64,000 nucleotides of DNA from positions 1-64,000 of the IMG/VR virus record IMGVR_UViG_3300028833_000109, one strand, 5' to 3'. Origin of the DNA: a virus (lineage: Duplodnaviria > Caudoviricetes). The translations under genes and the position numbers were made by a program. Under the pieces are notes generated by a model, which worked only from the letters and a program-made list of their open reading frames with translations, was not told the origin of the DNA and ran no database searches. Below, one piece after another: positions 16,349-25,696 of the stretch; the first letter of the stretch is position 1, and every line of letters begins with the position of its first letter.

Positions 16349-16646
16349 GTTGTAAATCACTTTATTGTTTAGGTGACATACAACTCAAGCTGCTGGATAT
16401 ATTCCTCAACATTAAGTTGTAAATCACTTTATTGTTTAGGTGACATACAACTGATACCAGGTCTTGTGTTGCTGCTTTGTGTTGTGAATCACTTTATTAT
16501 TTAGGCAACATACAACGTGTATGCCATAATGTTTATTCTGTAATTGTTGTGAATCACTTTATTATTTAGGTAACATACAACATTATGGCAACAATAGTAA
16601 TTGAACGAGAGTTGTAAATCACTTTATTATTTAGGTAGCATATAAT
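16349..16646 (+). CRISPR. CRISPR mini-array 2: 4 full + 1 degenerate 36-nt repeats, 4 spacers
   Basis: GTTGTAAATCACTTTATTGTTTAGGTGACATACAAC (variants) at 16349, 16416, 16481, 16546, 16611; spacers 31, 29, 29, 29 nt. Confidence 0.95.
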
Positions 16647-16660
16647 AACAACAATAAATC

Positions 16661-17149
16661 ATGTCAGTAAACAAAGCGATTATTCTTGGCCGAGTAGGTC
16701 AAGACCCGAAAATCATGGATGGGAGAAACGGCAAATTCGCCACGTTCTCCATTGCGACTACCGACCGAGCCTACACCAAGCAGGATGGCACGGTTGTCCC
16801 AGAACGCACCGAGTGGCACAACATCGTAGCCAATGGAAAACTGGTGCAGGTTATTGAATCTTTCGTCAAGAAGGGCACGATGCTCTACATCGAAGGCCAA
16901 ATCAGGACACGGAAGTACACCGACAACAGCAATATCGAGCGTTCGTCAACCGAGATTCACATCGGTGGCATGGACAGCAAGATGGAACTGCTTTCTCCCA
17001 AGAGCGATAACCAGCAGAACTACCCTGCGCCGCCCGCTCCCGCCCGTGACCCGTTGCAGGACTTCGCACCCGCACCTCCCGCACCAACGGCAAAGGAAAT
17101 CCCAGGCTACAATCCCCCTGGCAACCTTTGGGATGACCCCCTGCCATGA
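16661..17149 (+). CDS. ssb: Single-stranded DNA-binding protein
   Basis: SVNKAIILGRVGQDP, TEWHNIV, KKG..LYIEGQIRTRKY, acidic tail. Confidence 0.92.
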   Translation: MSVNKAIILGRVGQDPKIMDGRNGKFATFSIATTDRAYTKQDGTVVPERTEWHNIVANGKLVQVIESFVKKGTMLYIEGQIRTRKYTDNSNIERSSTEIHIGGMDSKMELLSPKSDNQQNYPAPPAPARDPLQDFAPAPPAPTAKEIPGYNPPGNLWDDPLP

Positions 17150-17592
17150 TCATCCATCTGCTTAAACAAGAAGGGCATATCACTGACAAGAGGACACTCG
17201 ACCAGTGCTGTGCCTTTCTTCCCAACGGGGAATACGTCGCCACCATCGAGCCGAAAGCGCAGTGGCTGAAACGCCAGCCGCGCACGCTCTCGCAGAACGC
17301 ACTGCTGCATGTGTGGTTCAAACATATCGGCATCGCCCTTAACTCGCAATATGGCGACGACTACTGGACTGCCGATAAGGTCAAGGACTATTTCGCCGTG
17401 ATGTTCGCAACCGACGAGATAAAGCCAGACGGAGCGATTTGGCGCAAGCCAGTGTCAACGTCGAAGCTCAACAAGACGGCGATGCGCGAGTACATGGACA
17501 AGATACAGGCATATATGCTGCGGGAGCACGGCATCCGTGTGCCGTTGCCCGATGATGCGAAATTCAAGGATTTTCAGGACATATATCAATGA
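17146..17592 (+). CDS. NinB-like recombination accessory protein
   Basis: RTLSQNALLH and STSKLNK..M.EY motifs. Confidence 0.65.
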   Translation: MIIHLLKQEGHITDKRTLDQCCAFLPNGEYVATIEPKAQWLKRQPRTLSQNALLHVWFKHIGIALNSQYGDDYWTADKVKDYFAVMFATDEIKPDGAIWRKPVSTSKLNKTAMREYMDKIQAYMLREHGIRVPLPDDAKFKDFQDIYQ

Positions 17593-17930
17593 AACCGAGC
17601 GGTTATTTCATCACAATAACAACGCCGAAAGGCACAAAAGAGAAGCGTTTCGTCAAACGTCTTGGCGAGATGCTTGTCATCCTTACCGTCACCAAATGGA
17701 CGGAAGCGATTATTGTGCCGTTGAGGGAGAAATGCGAGCCGCAAGAGGAGGAGCATGGCAGGGCGACCCGTCCCGTCGTGTGTGTCGAGACTGGCAAGCG
17801 TTTCAATTCCATCCGTGAGTGCAGTGAGCATTTCGGCATATCATACAAGGCGGTATGGAACAGCATTGTGTTCGGAAAGCCGAGGAACGGTTATCATTTC
17901 AAGGACGCAAACGAAGAGGACAATGAGTGA
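17589..17930 (+). CDS. NUMOD1-type DNA-binding protein
   Basis: PVVCVETGKRFNSIREC...GYHF. Confidence 0.55.
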   Translation: MKPSGYFITITTPKGTKEKRFVKRLGEMLVILTVTKWTEAIIVPLREKCEPQEEEHGRATRPVVCVETGKRFNSIRECSEHFGISYKAVWNSIVFGKPRNGYHFKDANEEDNE

Positions 17931-18177
17931 CATTTCGGGAATGCAGGTCGGTGGCGACCATTATCAGACGAAGATTCAGCCTGTGGAGTACATCCACGCG
18001 AACGGCTTGCCTTTCATTGAGGGCAATGTCGTCAAGTACATTTCCCGCCACAAGGCGAAGGAAGGTGCGAAGGATGTGGAGAAGGCCGTCAGTTATTGTC
18101 TGATGCTTTTGAAGATGGATTACGGGTACACCGATGAACAAATCGGCAAACTATTTGAGAAAGATGGAAACAAATAA
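17923..18177 (+). CDS. DUF3310/SaV-like protein
   Basis: QVGGDHY..IQP.EYI..N.L.F.EGNVVKYI.R...K. Confidence 0.75.
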   Translation: MSDISGMQVGGDHYQTKIQPVEYIHANGLPFIEGNVVKYISRHKAKEGAKDVEKAVSYCLMLLKMDYGYTDEQIGKLFEKDGNK

Positions 18178-18385
18178 ACAGCAAGAAAAGCGAAACGAGT
18201 TGTTAGGTCACATAAGTGTCCTTAAATACAACAACACTATGCTCAACAACTTGCTTGAAAGAGGGAAAACATCGTTGTTGGACGGCATCATTGATGCAGC
18301 GCTCGGACACGATGTGATTGTTGAGCAAATACACCGCAACAACAAAGCGATAATAGAACTTGAAAAAGAGTTTGACGAACTATGA
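18134..18385 (+). CDS. Hypothetical protein
   Basis: ORF in operon. Confidence 0.5.
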   Translation: MNKSANYLRKMETNKQQEKRNELLGHISVLKYNNTMLNNLLERGKTSLLDGIIDAALGHDVIVEQIHRNNKAIIELEKEFDEL

Positions 18386-18557
18386 AAGTTAGCGAAGATG
18401 AAAGGTGGATAGCCGTGTTTTTCTTGTCCGTGTTGATGATATTCGGCGAGATCTTCAGGCTTGTATTTTTTAGGCATTACGCACAAGACGGCTTGTTGTT
18501 GGTTATCTATGTGCTGTTCGCTTGCTACTTTAATAGCAAAATCAAAAAGAAAGGTAA

Positions 18558-18911
18558 ATGAATAAAGAGAATGTAACGAGCATTGAGCAGTCGAAAAGGC
18601 TCGCTGAACTGATTGGCACCGCCACCGCTGATATGGTGTACATCGGTGGCAACGAGGAGTATCTCTATACCGCCAAAAACGGCGCTGACTGGTACAGTAA
18701 ACTCGATGTGCTCGCATGGTCATTCGGTGCGTTGTGCGACCTGCTGCCCGAAGACCAGCTTGAAGTCTGGCACATCAATTCGCTCACCATGTATGAGGGT
18801 TACAGTTGTTGGACAAACAGCCCCGCCGGTCGCCATAGTTGGAACGGCAAGACCAAACTTGAGGCGGTGTTTAACGCAGTCATTGACATCTACGGAAGGA
18901 GGCAAGGATGA
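18558..18911 (+). CDS. Hypothetical phage protein
   Basis: TSIEQSKRL..TADM..AWS..AL..LLP. Confidence 0.65.
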   Translation: MNKENVTSIEQSKRLAELIGTATADMVYIGGNEEYLYTAKNGADWYSKLDVLAWSFGALCDLLPEDQLEVWHINSLTMYEGYSCWTNSPAGRHSWNGKTKLEAVFNAVIDIYGRRQG

Positions 18912-19195
18912 TTGAGCAAGAGATTATGAGCGATGTCGCCGACATCTACGGCATCACCGTGAGCGACATTTTGTCGAGGAGGAGGCTCAGGCGCTTTGCC
19001 GATGCGAGGGCGGTCATCTGCTATCTGCTCTGCTTCACGCAGGGTTACAGTACGACCGAAGTGGGCAGGGTGCTTGGCCGTGACCATTCGTCGGTCGTCT
19101 ATTTCAACAAGAAGACGATGGACTGGCTTCGCACTCCGTTTCTCAACAAGCGCGGCGCATGTGCAATAAAGGAACTTGAGAAGCGGTATGGATGA
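18908..19195 (+). CDS. DnaA C-terminal-like HTH protein
   Basis: DIYGI...DILS..R....ARA..CYL....STTEVGRVLGRDHSSV. Confidence 0.7.
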   Translation: MIEQEIMSDVADIYGITVSDILSRRRLRRFADARAVICYLLCFTQGYSTTEVGRVLGRDHSSVVYFNKKTMDWLRTPFLNKRGACAIKELEKRYG

Positions 19196-19493
19196 AGAAC
19201 TGATTGCTATTCCATTAAGCGAGTACGAGCATTTGAAGCAATGCGAAGATGCTTTGTTGCGTGGTCTTGAGCAACGGATTCAGGAGTGCAACGCAAAGAT
19301 GCAGATGATGCAATTTGACACAATAATAAAACAGGCAACACCGCCTGGAAGCAAACATATATGACAAACAAGGATAAGCACATCAAAAGGCTGATGCGCA
19401 TCTATAAGCACGGCTGCAAGAAAAAGGATATTGTTGACTTGCTTGCAGAAGGTATAACCGACATATTCAAAACAAGAAAAGAAAGGTAAAATC

Positions 19494-20444
19494 ATGTACA
19501 AGACTATCCAAACTGATTCGCTTGAGATTTTCAAGCACAACAACTACATCAAGACAGACATCGGAATGGTGTCTGACAACGCTTATTTGAGTGTCATTGC
19601 AACGAATAACTGCCAGCGCAACTGTCCTTACTGCATCAATTCAGAGACCGACAGGCGACTTGATTTGCCGCTTGGCAAAGCAGTCACCAACATCAGGAAG
19701 CTGGTCAGCAAGTATCATGTCAAAGAAGCAATCATCCTTGGCGGCGAACCGCTATTGTACCCCAATATTCTTGAACTTATTGATTGTTTGAAGGTGAAAT
19801 GTGGACTGGAAAAAGTTCGCTTGACCACGAATGGTATTCGTTTCATAAAAACAGATGTAACCATTGATTGTGATTTTATTTCTAGACTTTGCGATGCTGG
19901 ATTAGATGGTATTAACATCTCTTTCCACAACGAAGATTTCATTACATGGGAACAACTTGCACTTGTGTATGACCAATTTTATGCTCGTGGAATCAAGGTA
20001 AGGATAAATACCAACATCTGGCGAGGCAACCATGATAGAACTGGCAGCATACTTGAGTTCTTGTGGCGACTTATGCCTTGTTGTGATGAAATCCGTGTAA
20101 GCAACATCATCCCAAAGGACAGTTTTTCAGTCAATCCAGTCAACCGCGAGGACAACGACTTGATTTTGCCTGATGATAAGTATATCGGCATTTTCAATGG
20201 GATTCTCTCCCACTATGCCAATGAAGGTTATGCCATCTTTGAGAACACCAAGACCTTGGGTTTTGTCCGCTACCTGCTGATTCCTACAGAGGAACCCATT
20301 ATCATCAACTGGAACATCGGCAGCACCGTCAGTGAGCAGGTGTGCGAGAATGACATCGAACATCGCCAAATCAACACATTCAAGTGCCTTGTCAATGGCG
20401 AGATTTCGTTGAGTTGGAACACGAACAACATCATCAAGTTATGA
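19494..20444 (+). CDS. Radical SAM enzyme
   Basis: CQRNCPYC, GGEPLL, LTTNG, INIS. Confidence 0.85.
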   Translation: MYKTIQTDSLEIFKHNNYIKTDIGMVSDNAYLSVIATNNCQRNCPYCINSETDRRLDLPLGKAVTNIRKLVSKYHVKEAIILGGEPLLYPNILELIDCLKVKCGLEKVRLTTNGIRFIKTDVTIDCDFISRLCDAGLDGINISFHNEDFITWEQLALVYDQFYARGIKVRINTNIWRGNHDRTGSILEFLWRLMPCCDEIRVSNIIPKDSFSVNPVNREDNDLILPDDKYIGIFNGILSHYANEGYAIFENTKTLGFVRYLLIPTEEPIIINWNIGSTVSEQVCENDIEHRQINTFKCLVNGEISLSWNTNNIIKL

Positions 20445-20585
20445 CAAACAAAGCAATAAGAGAAATCAAACTATGGTGGAAGAAGCATGAAGAAAAGTTG
20501 TTTTCGATTGTTTGTGTGTTAACTATCATTGTTTGGCTCATTAACTTATTGATTATGTGTTTCAACTATATACAATTAAAGTATT

Positions 20586-20921
20586 ATGGGTGACTTTGAG
20601 GATGTATTCGGGGAAATAAGCAAGTGTTTTATTGCAGACAAGCCGATTGACTCAGATGGCGTGACCTGCTTGTCTCCCGCCGACTGGAACCCGCTTGAGA
20701 GAAGACCAGAGGACAAGGACTGGATCGAACACGACATCAATGTGGAGATACCGCAGTTCCATCCGCTTGAAACCGTCTTCCCGCAGGAAGAGAGTGAGAG
20801 CGTTTGGGAATGGACATCAGAGCCGTTCACGTTGAACGTTACGATTGACGCAAAGTCGGCGAAAGGACTGCGCAAGTTAGTGCGTTGTCCTAAACTGCCC
20901 GTTTGTCACGGCTGCGCTTGA
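20586..20921 (+). CDS. Hypothetical protein
   Basis: ORF in operon. Confidence 0.45.
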   Translation: MGDFEDVFGEISKCFIADKPIDSDGVTCLSPADWNPLERRPEDKDWIEHDINVEIPQFHPLETVFPQEESESVWEWTSEPFTLNVTIDAKSAKGLRKLVRCPKLPVCHGCA

Positions 20922-21092
20922 GCGGTTGAGGAATATGGACGAACTATTAGTCAACCTTGACGACACAAGCCAAAAAGAGAGCGTTCTTGCCAGCACTTCA
21001 ATGTTGTGCATCACGCAGGTACTTGGTGATATAGCAAAAGAATATGAGCAAAACTAAATTCACAATATTAATGCCCAATAATTCAGAAGAAA

Positions 21093-21410
21093 ATGGAAGA
21101 AACAAAGAAATGCAAATGCTGCGGCAGGGAACTGCCGTTGAGTGAGTTTAACAGGTCTGGTGGCGGTTTTCTTAACACCTGCAAGGAGTGCGTGGCGATA
21201 AAGAAAAAAGAAGGACGCGAGAAAAAGAGACAGGAGCGCGACTTTGAGCAGGAAATCGCCAACGCGAAGAAGATGCGGCTTTCAGATTTCACTCCAATGG
21301 ATCTGATGGAAGAACTCGCCCGCAGGGGAATTGAAGGCACTATGCGCATTCCCGAAACGATCTACAAAGAGGTCAACCTCAAAACTTTCTTATACACTGG
21401 CAAACAATAA
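21093..21410 (+). CDS. Zn-finger hypothetical protein
   Basis: CKCC..LPLSEF..CKEC; ELARRG. Confidence 0.65.
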   Translation: MEETKKCKCCGRELPLSEFNRSGGGFLNTCKECVAIKKKEGREKKRQERDFEQEIANAKKMRLSDFTPMDLMEELARRGIEGTMRIPETIYKEVNLKTFLYTGKQ

Positions 21411-21626
21411 AAAAAAGATGGTACTTTCTGAAGAGCAAGCAGATGTGTGGTTTGATAAATATCAAAGGTTAATCTATGACATATATGGTATTTATGACAA
21501 TACAAAAACGCTGTCTTTGCTAATTCATAGAATTGCAAAACACGCGACAGGAATGGCTGAAAGGCTTGACGAAAAATTGAAAGCGATTGGAGAACTATAA
21601 AGTTAAACTTTTAATACTAAGATACA

Positions 21627-22064
21627 ATGGAGAAAAACTGGTTTGAATGTCGTGTAAGTTACGACAAGACACAAGAGAACGGAGTAATCAAGCGCATCAC
21701 CGAGGCTTATCTCGTCGATGCAGTGAACTTCACCGAGGCAGAGAAGCGCATCACGGAAGCCATGCAGCCGTATATCAGCGGTGAGTTCACTGTAAGCGCG
21801 GTAAGACGCAGGAACTACGAAAGCGTCCTTGTAGGCACGGAAGGCGACTACTACTACCGTGTGAAACTCGTCATCATCACCATCGACGAGAAGACCGCAG
21901 CAGAGAAGAAGTCCAACTTATTCCTTCTCGTTCAGGCAGACAGCCTTGAGAAAGCCGTCGGCATCACGCAGGATTCCATGCGGAACTCTATGGCTGACTG
22001 GTACTTCCACACCGTTACCGAAACCCAAATCGTTGACGTGTTCAAGTATGAGTTGGGTGTATGA
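21627..22064 (+). CDS. DUF4494-like protein
   Basis: WFECRVSYDKT.ENG..K..TEAYLVDA..FTEAE.RI. Confidence 0.7.
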   Translation: MEKNWFECRVSYDKTQENGVIKRITEAYLVDAVNFTEAEKRITEAMQPYISGEFTVSAVRRRNYESVLVGTEGDYYYRVKLVIITIDEKTAAEKKSNLFLLVQADSLEKAVGITQDSMRNSMADWYFHTVTETQIVDVFKYELGV

Positions 22065-22550
22065 CGTCAAGTTCTTCAACGAGGACAAGCCGAGGCGGTT
22101 CACCGCAGAGAAGCAACTTACCGTGAGCGAGATTCGTGAGCGGTGCGGCAACGACGCATTGGAATGGTCTAACGCAAAACGCATTGACAATGACGATTAA
22201 GAGAGCGATTGAAGTACTCACCGAGTACAACAAGTGGCGCAGGCACAACGGAGAGCCTTGCCCGTTCAAGTACAGCAGCCTTGAACTTGGTGCAGCCATC
22301 GACGTGGCGACCCACTGCATGTGGAAACTGGACAAGATGAGTGAAATCTTCTATTTCGGAACAGGGGTAGGCGATGAAAGAAATCAAAGCGAAGTGGGGG
22401 TCTCACATCGTTGAGGCTTATCATCAGGTTCTGCTCAGTGACGAACCTTGTTATACCGAGTTCAACGGAGTGTACATCACCAATGTCGCTCCGTTTGTCG
22501 GTATGAATGAGATTGTATCCTCTGAAGAAATTACTGAATAACAACAGATT

Positions 22551-23102
22551 ATGGCAACAAAATCAGCACCAATCATCTATCTCGCCCAGTTAGAGGGAAC
22601 GAAACTCGCCCAGAAGCGCGAGATACTGCGGCTCAAACTTGAGAATCTCAAGGAGTTGCCGCACGACAAGCAGGAGTTCAAGCGCAAGAAGAAGGAAATC
22701 GTCGCCGAGATGAACTCATTGACGTTTGAGATCGACGGCAAGTACGCTGAAATCTTCAAGCAGAACTTCAAGGTAGTGCAGTACATGCTCATGATGTTCG
22801 TGGGCATGGACTTCGTGACGAGGCTCTATGACGAGGCCGCAGACATGTTCAAGGCGGTTACTGTGGGCATCAAGCGAGACGAGCTGTTGGATTTCGTCAA
22901 GTTGTGCCGAGAGGTGGCGACGAGGGCGAACAATGTCGTGCGCATCATTGACGGCGCGGGAAAGGACACGATGTCTATGGCTTACGCTGGTATGGAGGAG
23001 GGCATCGGCGAGGGTCTGCTTGACGAGTTGAGGGAGAAGGTTGAAGCCTACGGCAAGACGCCGGAGGGCAGGAAGTATTTTTATGGAGACCACAAAATAT
23101 GA
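22551..23102 (+). CDS. Hypothetical protein
   Basis: 183-aa ORF, good start context. Confidence 0.65.
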   Translation: MATKSAPIIYLAQLEGTKLAQKREILRLKLENLKELPHDKQEFKRKKKEIVAEMNSLTFEIDGKYAEIFKQNFKVVQYMLMMFVGMDFVTRLYDEAADMFKAVTVGIKRDELLDFVKLCREVATRANNVVRIIDGAGKDTMSMAYAGMEEGIGEGLLDELREKVEAYGKTPEGRKYFYGDHKI

Positions 23103-23437
23103 TTGAAAAAGGAAAGATATACCTGTGTTTGGTTTGTCCTTACGACAACTTTACCGAGGGCAAGGAATATTATGCGATTGACGCAAATATGTTTTTTGAC
23201 GACTATGGTGTGCGGGTTATGATTGACGATGATGCCTGCAAGTTCACCGAAGTCAAGTCTGCCCAGTTGCCCGCAAAACTGATTCAGAAAGCAAAAGATG
23301 TCTGCAATCAAAAAATCAACGATGCCATTCGTGAGTTTGAGAAAGAGACTGGCTTGTGGGTCAGCGACATCGAGTATAACAAGCGCACGGTTTTCAACTG
23401 TACTGAAACAAGTGTATCAATCATAATATCGCTATGA
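23099..23437 (+). CDS. Hypothetical protein
   Basis: ATGA-coupled ORF. Confidence 0.6.
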   Translation: MIEKGKIYLCLVCPYDNFTEGKEYYAIDANMFFDDYGVRVMIDDDACKFTEVKSAQLPAKLIQKAKDVCNQKINDAIREFEKETGLWVSDIEYNKRTVFNCTETSVSIIISL

Positions 23438-23847
23438 AACGAGAAATCGAGTTTAGGGCAAAGAGCATTGACGGATATTGGGTATCAGGAGACCTGCATT
23501 TGCAGTGCAAATACCCGCACATCCACACCGCAGAAAGGCGGTCAGTTCCCATTGATCCAAAGACTATCGGTCAGTTTACTGGACTTGCTGACAGGAAGGG
23601 CATCGCAATCTACGAGGGCGATGTGCTTAATTGTTATGATGGCTATCCAGAGCCTTGGGTTCGCGTTGTGAGGTATTCCGCTGATTTGGTTGAGGAAACT
23701 CCGACTCCAGGCTTTGTCTTGGCGAACGTGAAGGGAGTTTCAGTAATTGACACGTTTGATGATTACGATGAATTTGAGGTCATCGGAAACGAGTTTGACA
23801 ATTCGAGCCTTGTTCAAAGACCATGCCAAAAACCGACGTTGCTATGA
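23434..23847 (+). CDS. YopX family protein
   Basis: REIEFRAK..TIGQFTGL.D..G..IYEGD..EVIGN. Confidence 0.8.
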   Translation: MKREIEFRAKSIDGYWVSGDLHLQCKYPHIHTAERRSVPIDPKTIGQFTGLADRKGIAIYEGDVLNCYDGYPEPWVRVVRYSADLVEETPTPGFVLANVKGVSVIDTFDDYDEFEVIGNEFDNSSLVQRPCQKPTLL

Positions 23848-24011
23848 AACGGACAATGTATGTGATTCAGAGGAATGACGGCGCTTTCTATTGGAAGCAC
23901 CCAAGCATTTCGTCTTTCAACGGCTTTGACATTGACTTTGGCAAAGCGGCGTTGTACAAGACCGAGAAACAGGCGAAAATTATTTCAACATCAAACTTGA
24001 CATATAGGTAA

Positions 24012-24254
24012 ATGGCTAACGATGTTTTTGTGAATCCGAATATTCCACCTGTGTCGTTTGACATGAACGACCCGCAACAGGTAAAGGAACTCTTGTGCAA
24101 ATGTGTTGACAATATGGTAAAAGACGGGTATGGGCTGAGAGAAATCAGCAGTAATCCGATATTGCTGATGCCAGAGTATTGCAATCCAATAAATATGGAG
24201 GAGTGGAAACCTCGTGTTGAAGGATTTGAAATTCACTTAAAATTTGGAAGATAA
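24012..24254 (+). CDS. Hypothetical protein
   Basis: 80-aa ORF in operon. Confidence 0.45.
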   Translation: MANDVFVNPNIPPVSFDMNDPQQVKELLCKCVDNMVKDGYGLREISSNPILLMPEYCNPINMEEWKPRVEGFEIHLKFGR

Positions 24255-24255
24255 T

Positions 24256-24810
24256 ATGTACATAGACATCAAACTAATTGAATTGTCGGGCTTTGTATCG
24301 GCACTGCAAGCCCTGCGTTTGCCTTACGGACTGGAGTGTAGGTCAATCACATGGTCTCGGATGATTCATCCAGACGCAGGTGCAACTGATGTGTGTCTTC
24401 AAACAGGCTTCAACATCAACGACAAGGACGAAGATCTGCTCAAGTCACTCATCAGGCGAGGCGACGAACACGCAAAGGTTGTCCGTGGCATTGTTGCCTA
24501 CGTTGAAATCAACGCACCAAGAATGTGGTGGGCTGAATTTGTAACGTATCGCATTGGCTGTGAAATACTTGCAAGTGAAAGCACGATGCACATGCAGGAC
24601 AAAGGACTGAGCGAGGAAGAACTTGTCAAGATGAAGGACGAGTTAAAGGAAGGAACGATGCAGAAGCGCATCGTCATGCTGAGTTACCAAACATTAAGGC
24701 GCATCTACATACAACGCAGGAAACACCGCTTACCGCATTGGCGCGAGTTCTGCGCATGGATTGAGACTTTGCCGTATAGTTGGATGATAACGGAAGGGGT
24801 TGAGCCATGA
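24256..24810 (+). CDS. Conserved phage protein, possibly ThyX-like fold
   Basis: GDEHAK..R, APR.WWAEF.TYR, SESTMH, R..HRLP.W..FC. Confidence 0.5.
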   Translation: MYIDIKLIELSGFVSALQALRLPYGLECRSITWSRMIHPDAGATDVCLQTGFNINDKDEDLLKSLIRRGDEHAKVVRGIVAYVEINAPRMWWAEFVTYRIGCEILASESTMHMQDKGLSEEELVKMKDELKEGTMQKRIVMLSYQTLRRIYIQRRKHRLPHWREFCAWIETLPYSWMITEGVEP

Positions 24811-25163
24811 TACCGCTAAACATCAGACTGAGAAAGAGTGAGTTCGATGCCGTCGTAAAAGGCAAGACCGAGATTGTCAAGTACGCATCGAACAAGCGCA
24901 TCCACTACATGTGCTTCGCCCGATGCACGAAAGAGTGCAACGAAAAGCAGAGCAAGTGCAGGGAGTGCTTTGAGAACGCAAGGGCTTGTGACGGCTACAT
25001 GTGCTATCCGTTTGACCGAGCGGTCATCCGCAGGGGTCAGACCGACAGGCGCATCACGAAGCCGATTAAGGACATCCGCTGGGAAGAGCGTGACGGAAAG
25101 ATTTGTTTTGTTGTTAAACTGAAAGAAAATGAAAGAGACAAGCAAGAAACGAAAGACATTTGA
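24807..25163 (+). CDS. ASCH-like/Cys-rich hypothetical protein
   Basis: L....FDAVVKGK.E N-terminus. Confidence 0.45.
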   Translation: MIPLNIRLRKSEFDAVVKGKTEIVKYASNKRIHYMCFARCTKECNEKQSKCRECFENARACDGYMCYPFDRAVIRRGQTDRRITKPIKDIRWEERDGKICFVVKLKENERDKQETKDI

Positions 25164-25515
25164 GTATTATCGCTACAAAGTAGCGGAATGGCTGCACAAG
25201 GCAGTAAACATCATCATGTTTACACGGAAGACCGACTTTGGGTGGCGAAGTATTATTGACGAGGACGACATCAAACGAATCCATGAAGTCGCAAAAATCC
25301 AAGACAGGGATTTTGATGATTGTCTTGAAGATGTGGTCGATGACCGAATAGCGGAACAAAACGTATCAATCCTCCATACGCTTGAAATGGACGGATATTT
25401 GGAGAGGACTTGTGAGCAAAACTCAGACGGAACGGTAATAGTCGGTTTCAGACTGAAAATGCTTGGACTGAAAGCAATATCAATACTTAACGACAATGAG
25501 GATAAACCTGTTTGA
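25129..25515 (+). CDS. Hypothetical protein
   Basis: ORF in operon. Confidence 0.55.
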   Translation: MKETSKKRKTFEYYRYKVAEWLHKAVNIIMFTRKTDFGWRSIIDEDDIKRIHEVAKIQDRDFDDCLEDVVDDRIAEQNVSILHTLEMDGYLERTCEQNSDGTVIVGFRLKMLGLKAISILNDNEDKPV

Positions 25516-25696
25516 CATAAAAGACGGAGAGTTTGCCGCAAGCCTGAGTTGGGATTTGCCGCTACCGCAAAAAGGCGATAGGATCATGCTTCATCACTCT
25601 GGCGGCGCTTATGGAGTAGAAGTGGTTAACCGCGTCTTTGACGACGAAAGACAGGACGCGGTTTCAATTATGGTAAAATATTTATAACGAAGGAAC

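Noticed and set aside
20925-20936. Self-target of array 2 spacer 1 (GTTGAGGAATAT)
   Set aside because: Only 12 nt internal match; compatible with chance
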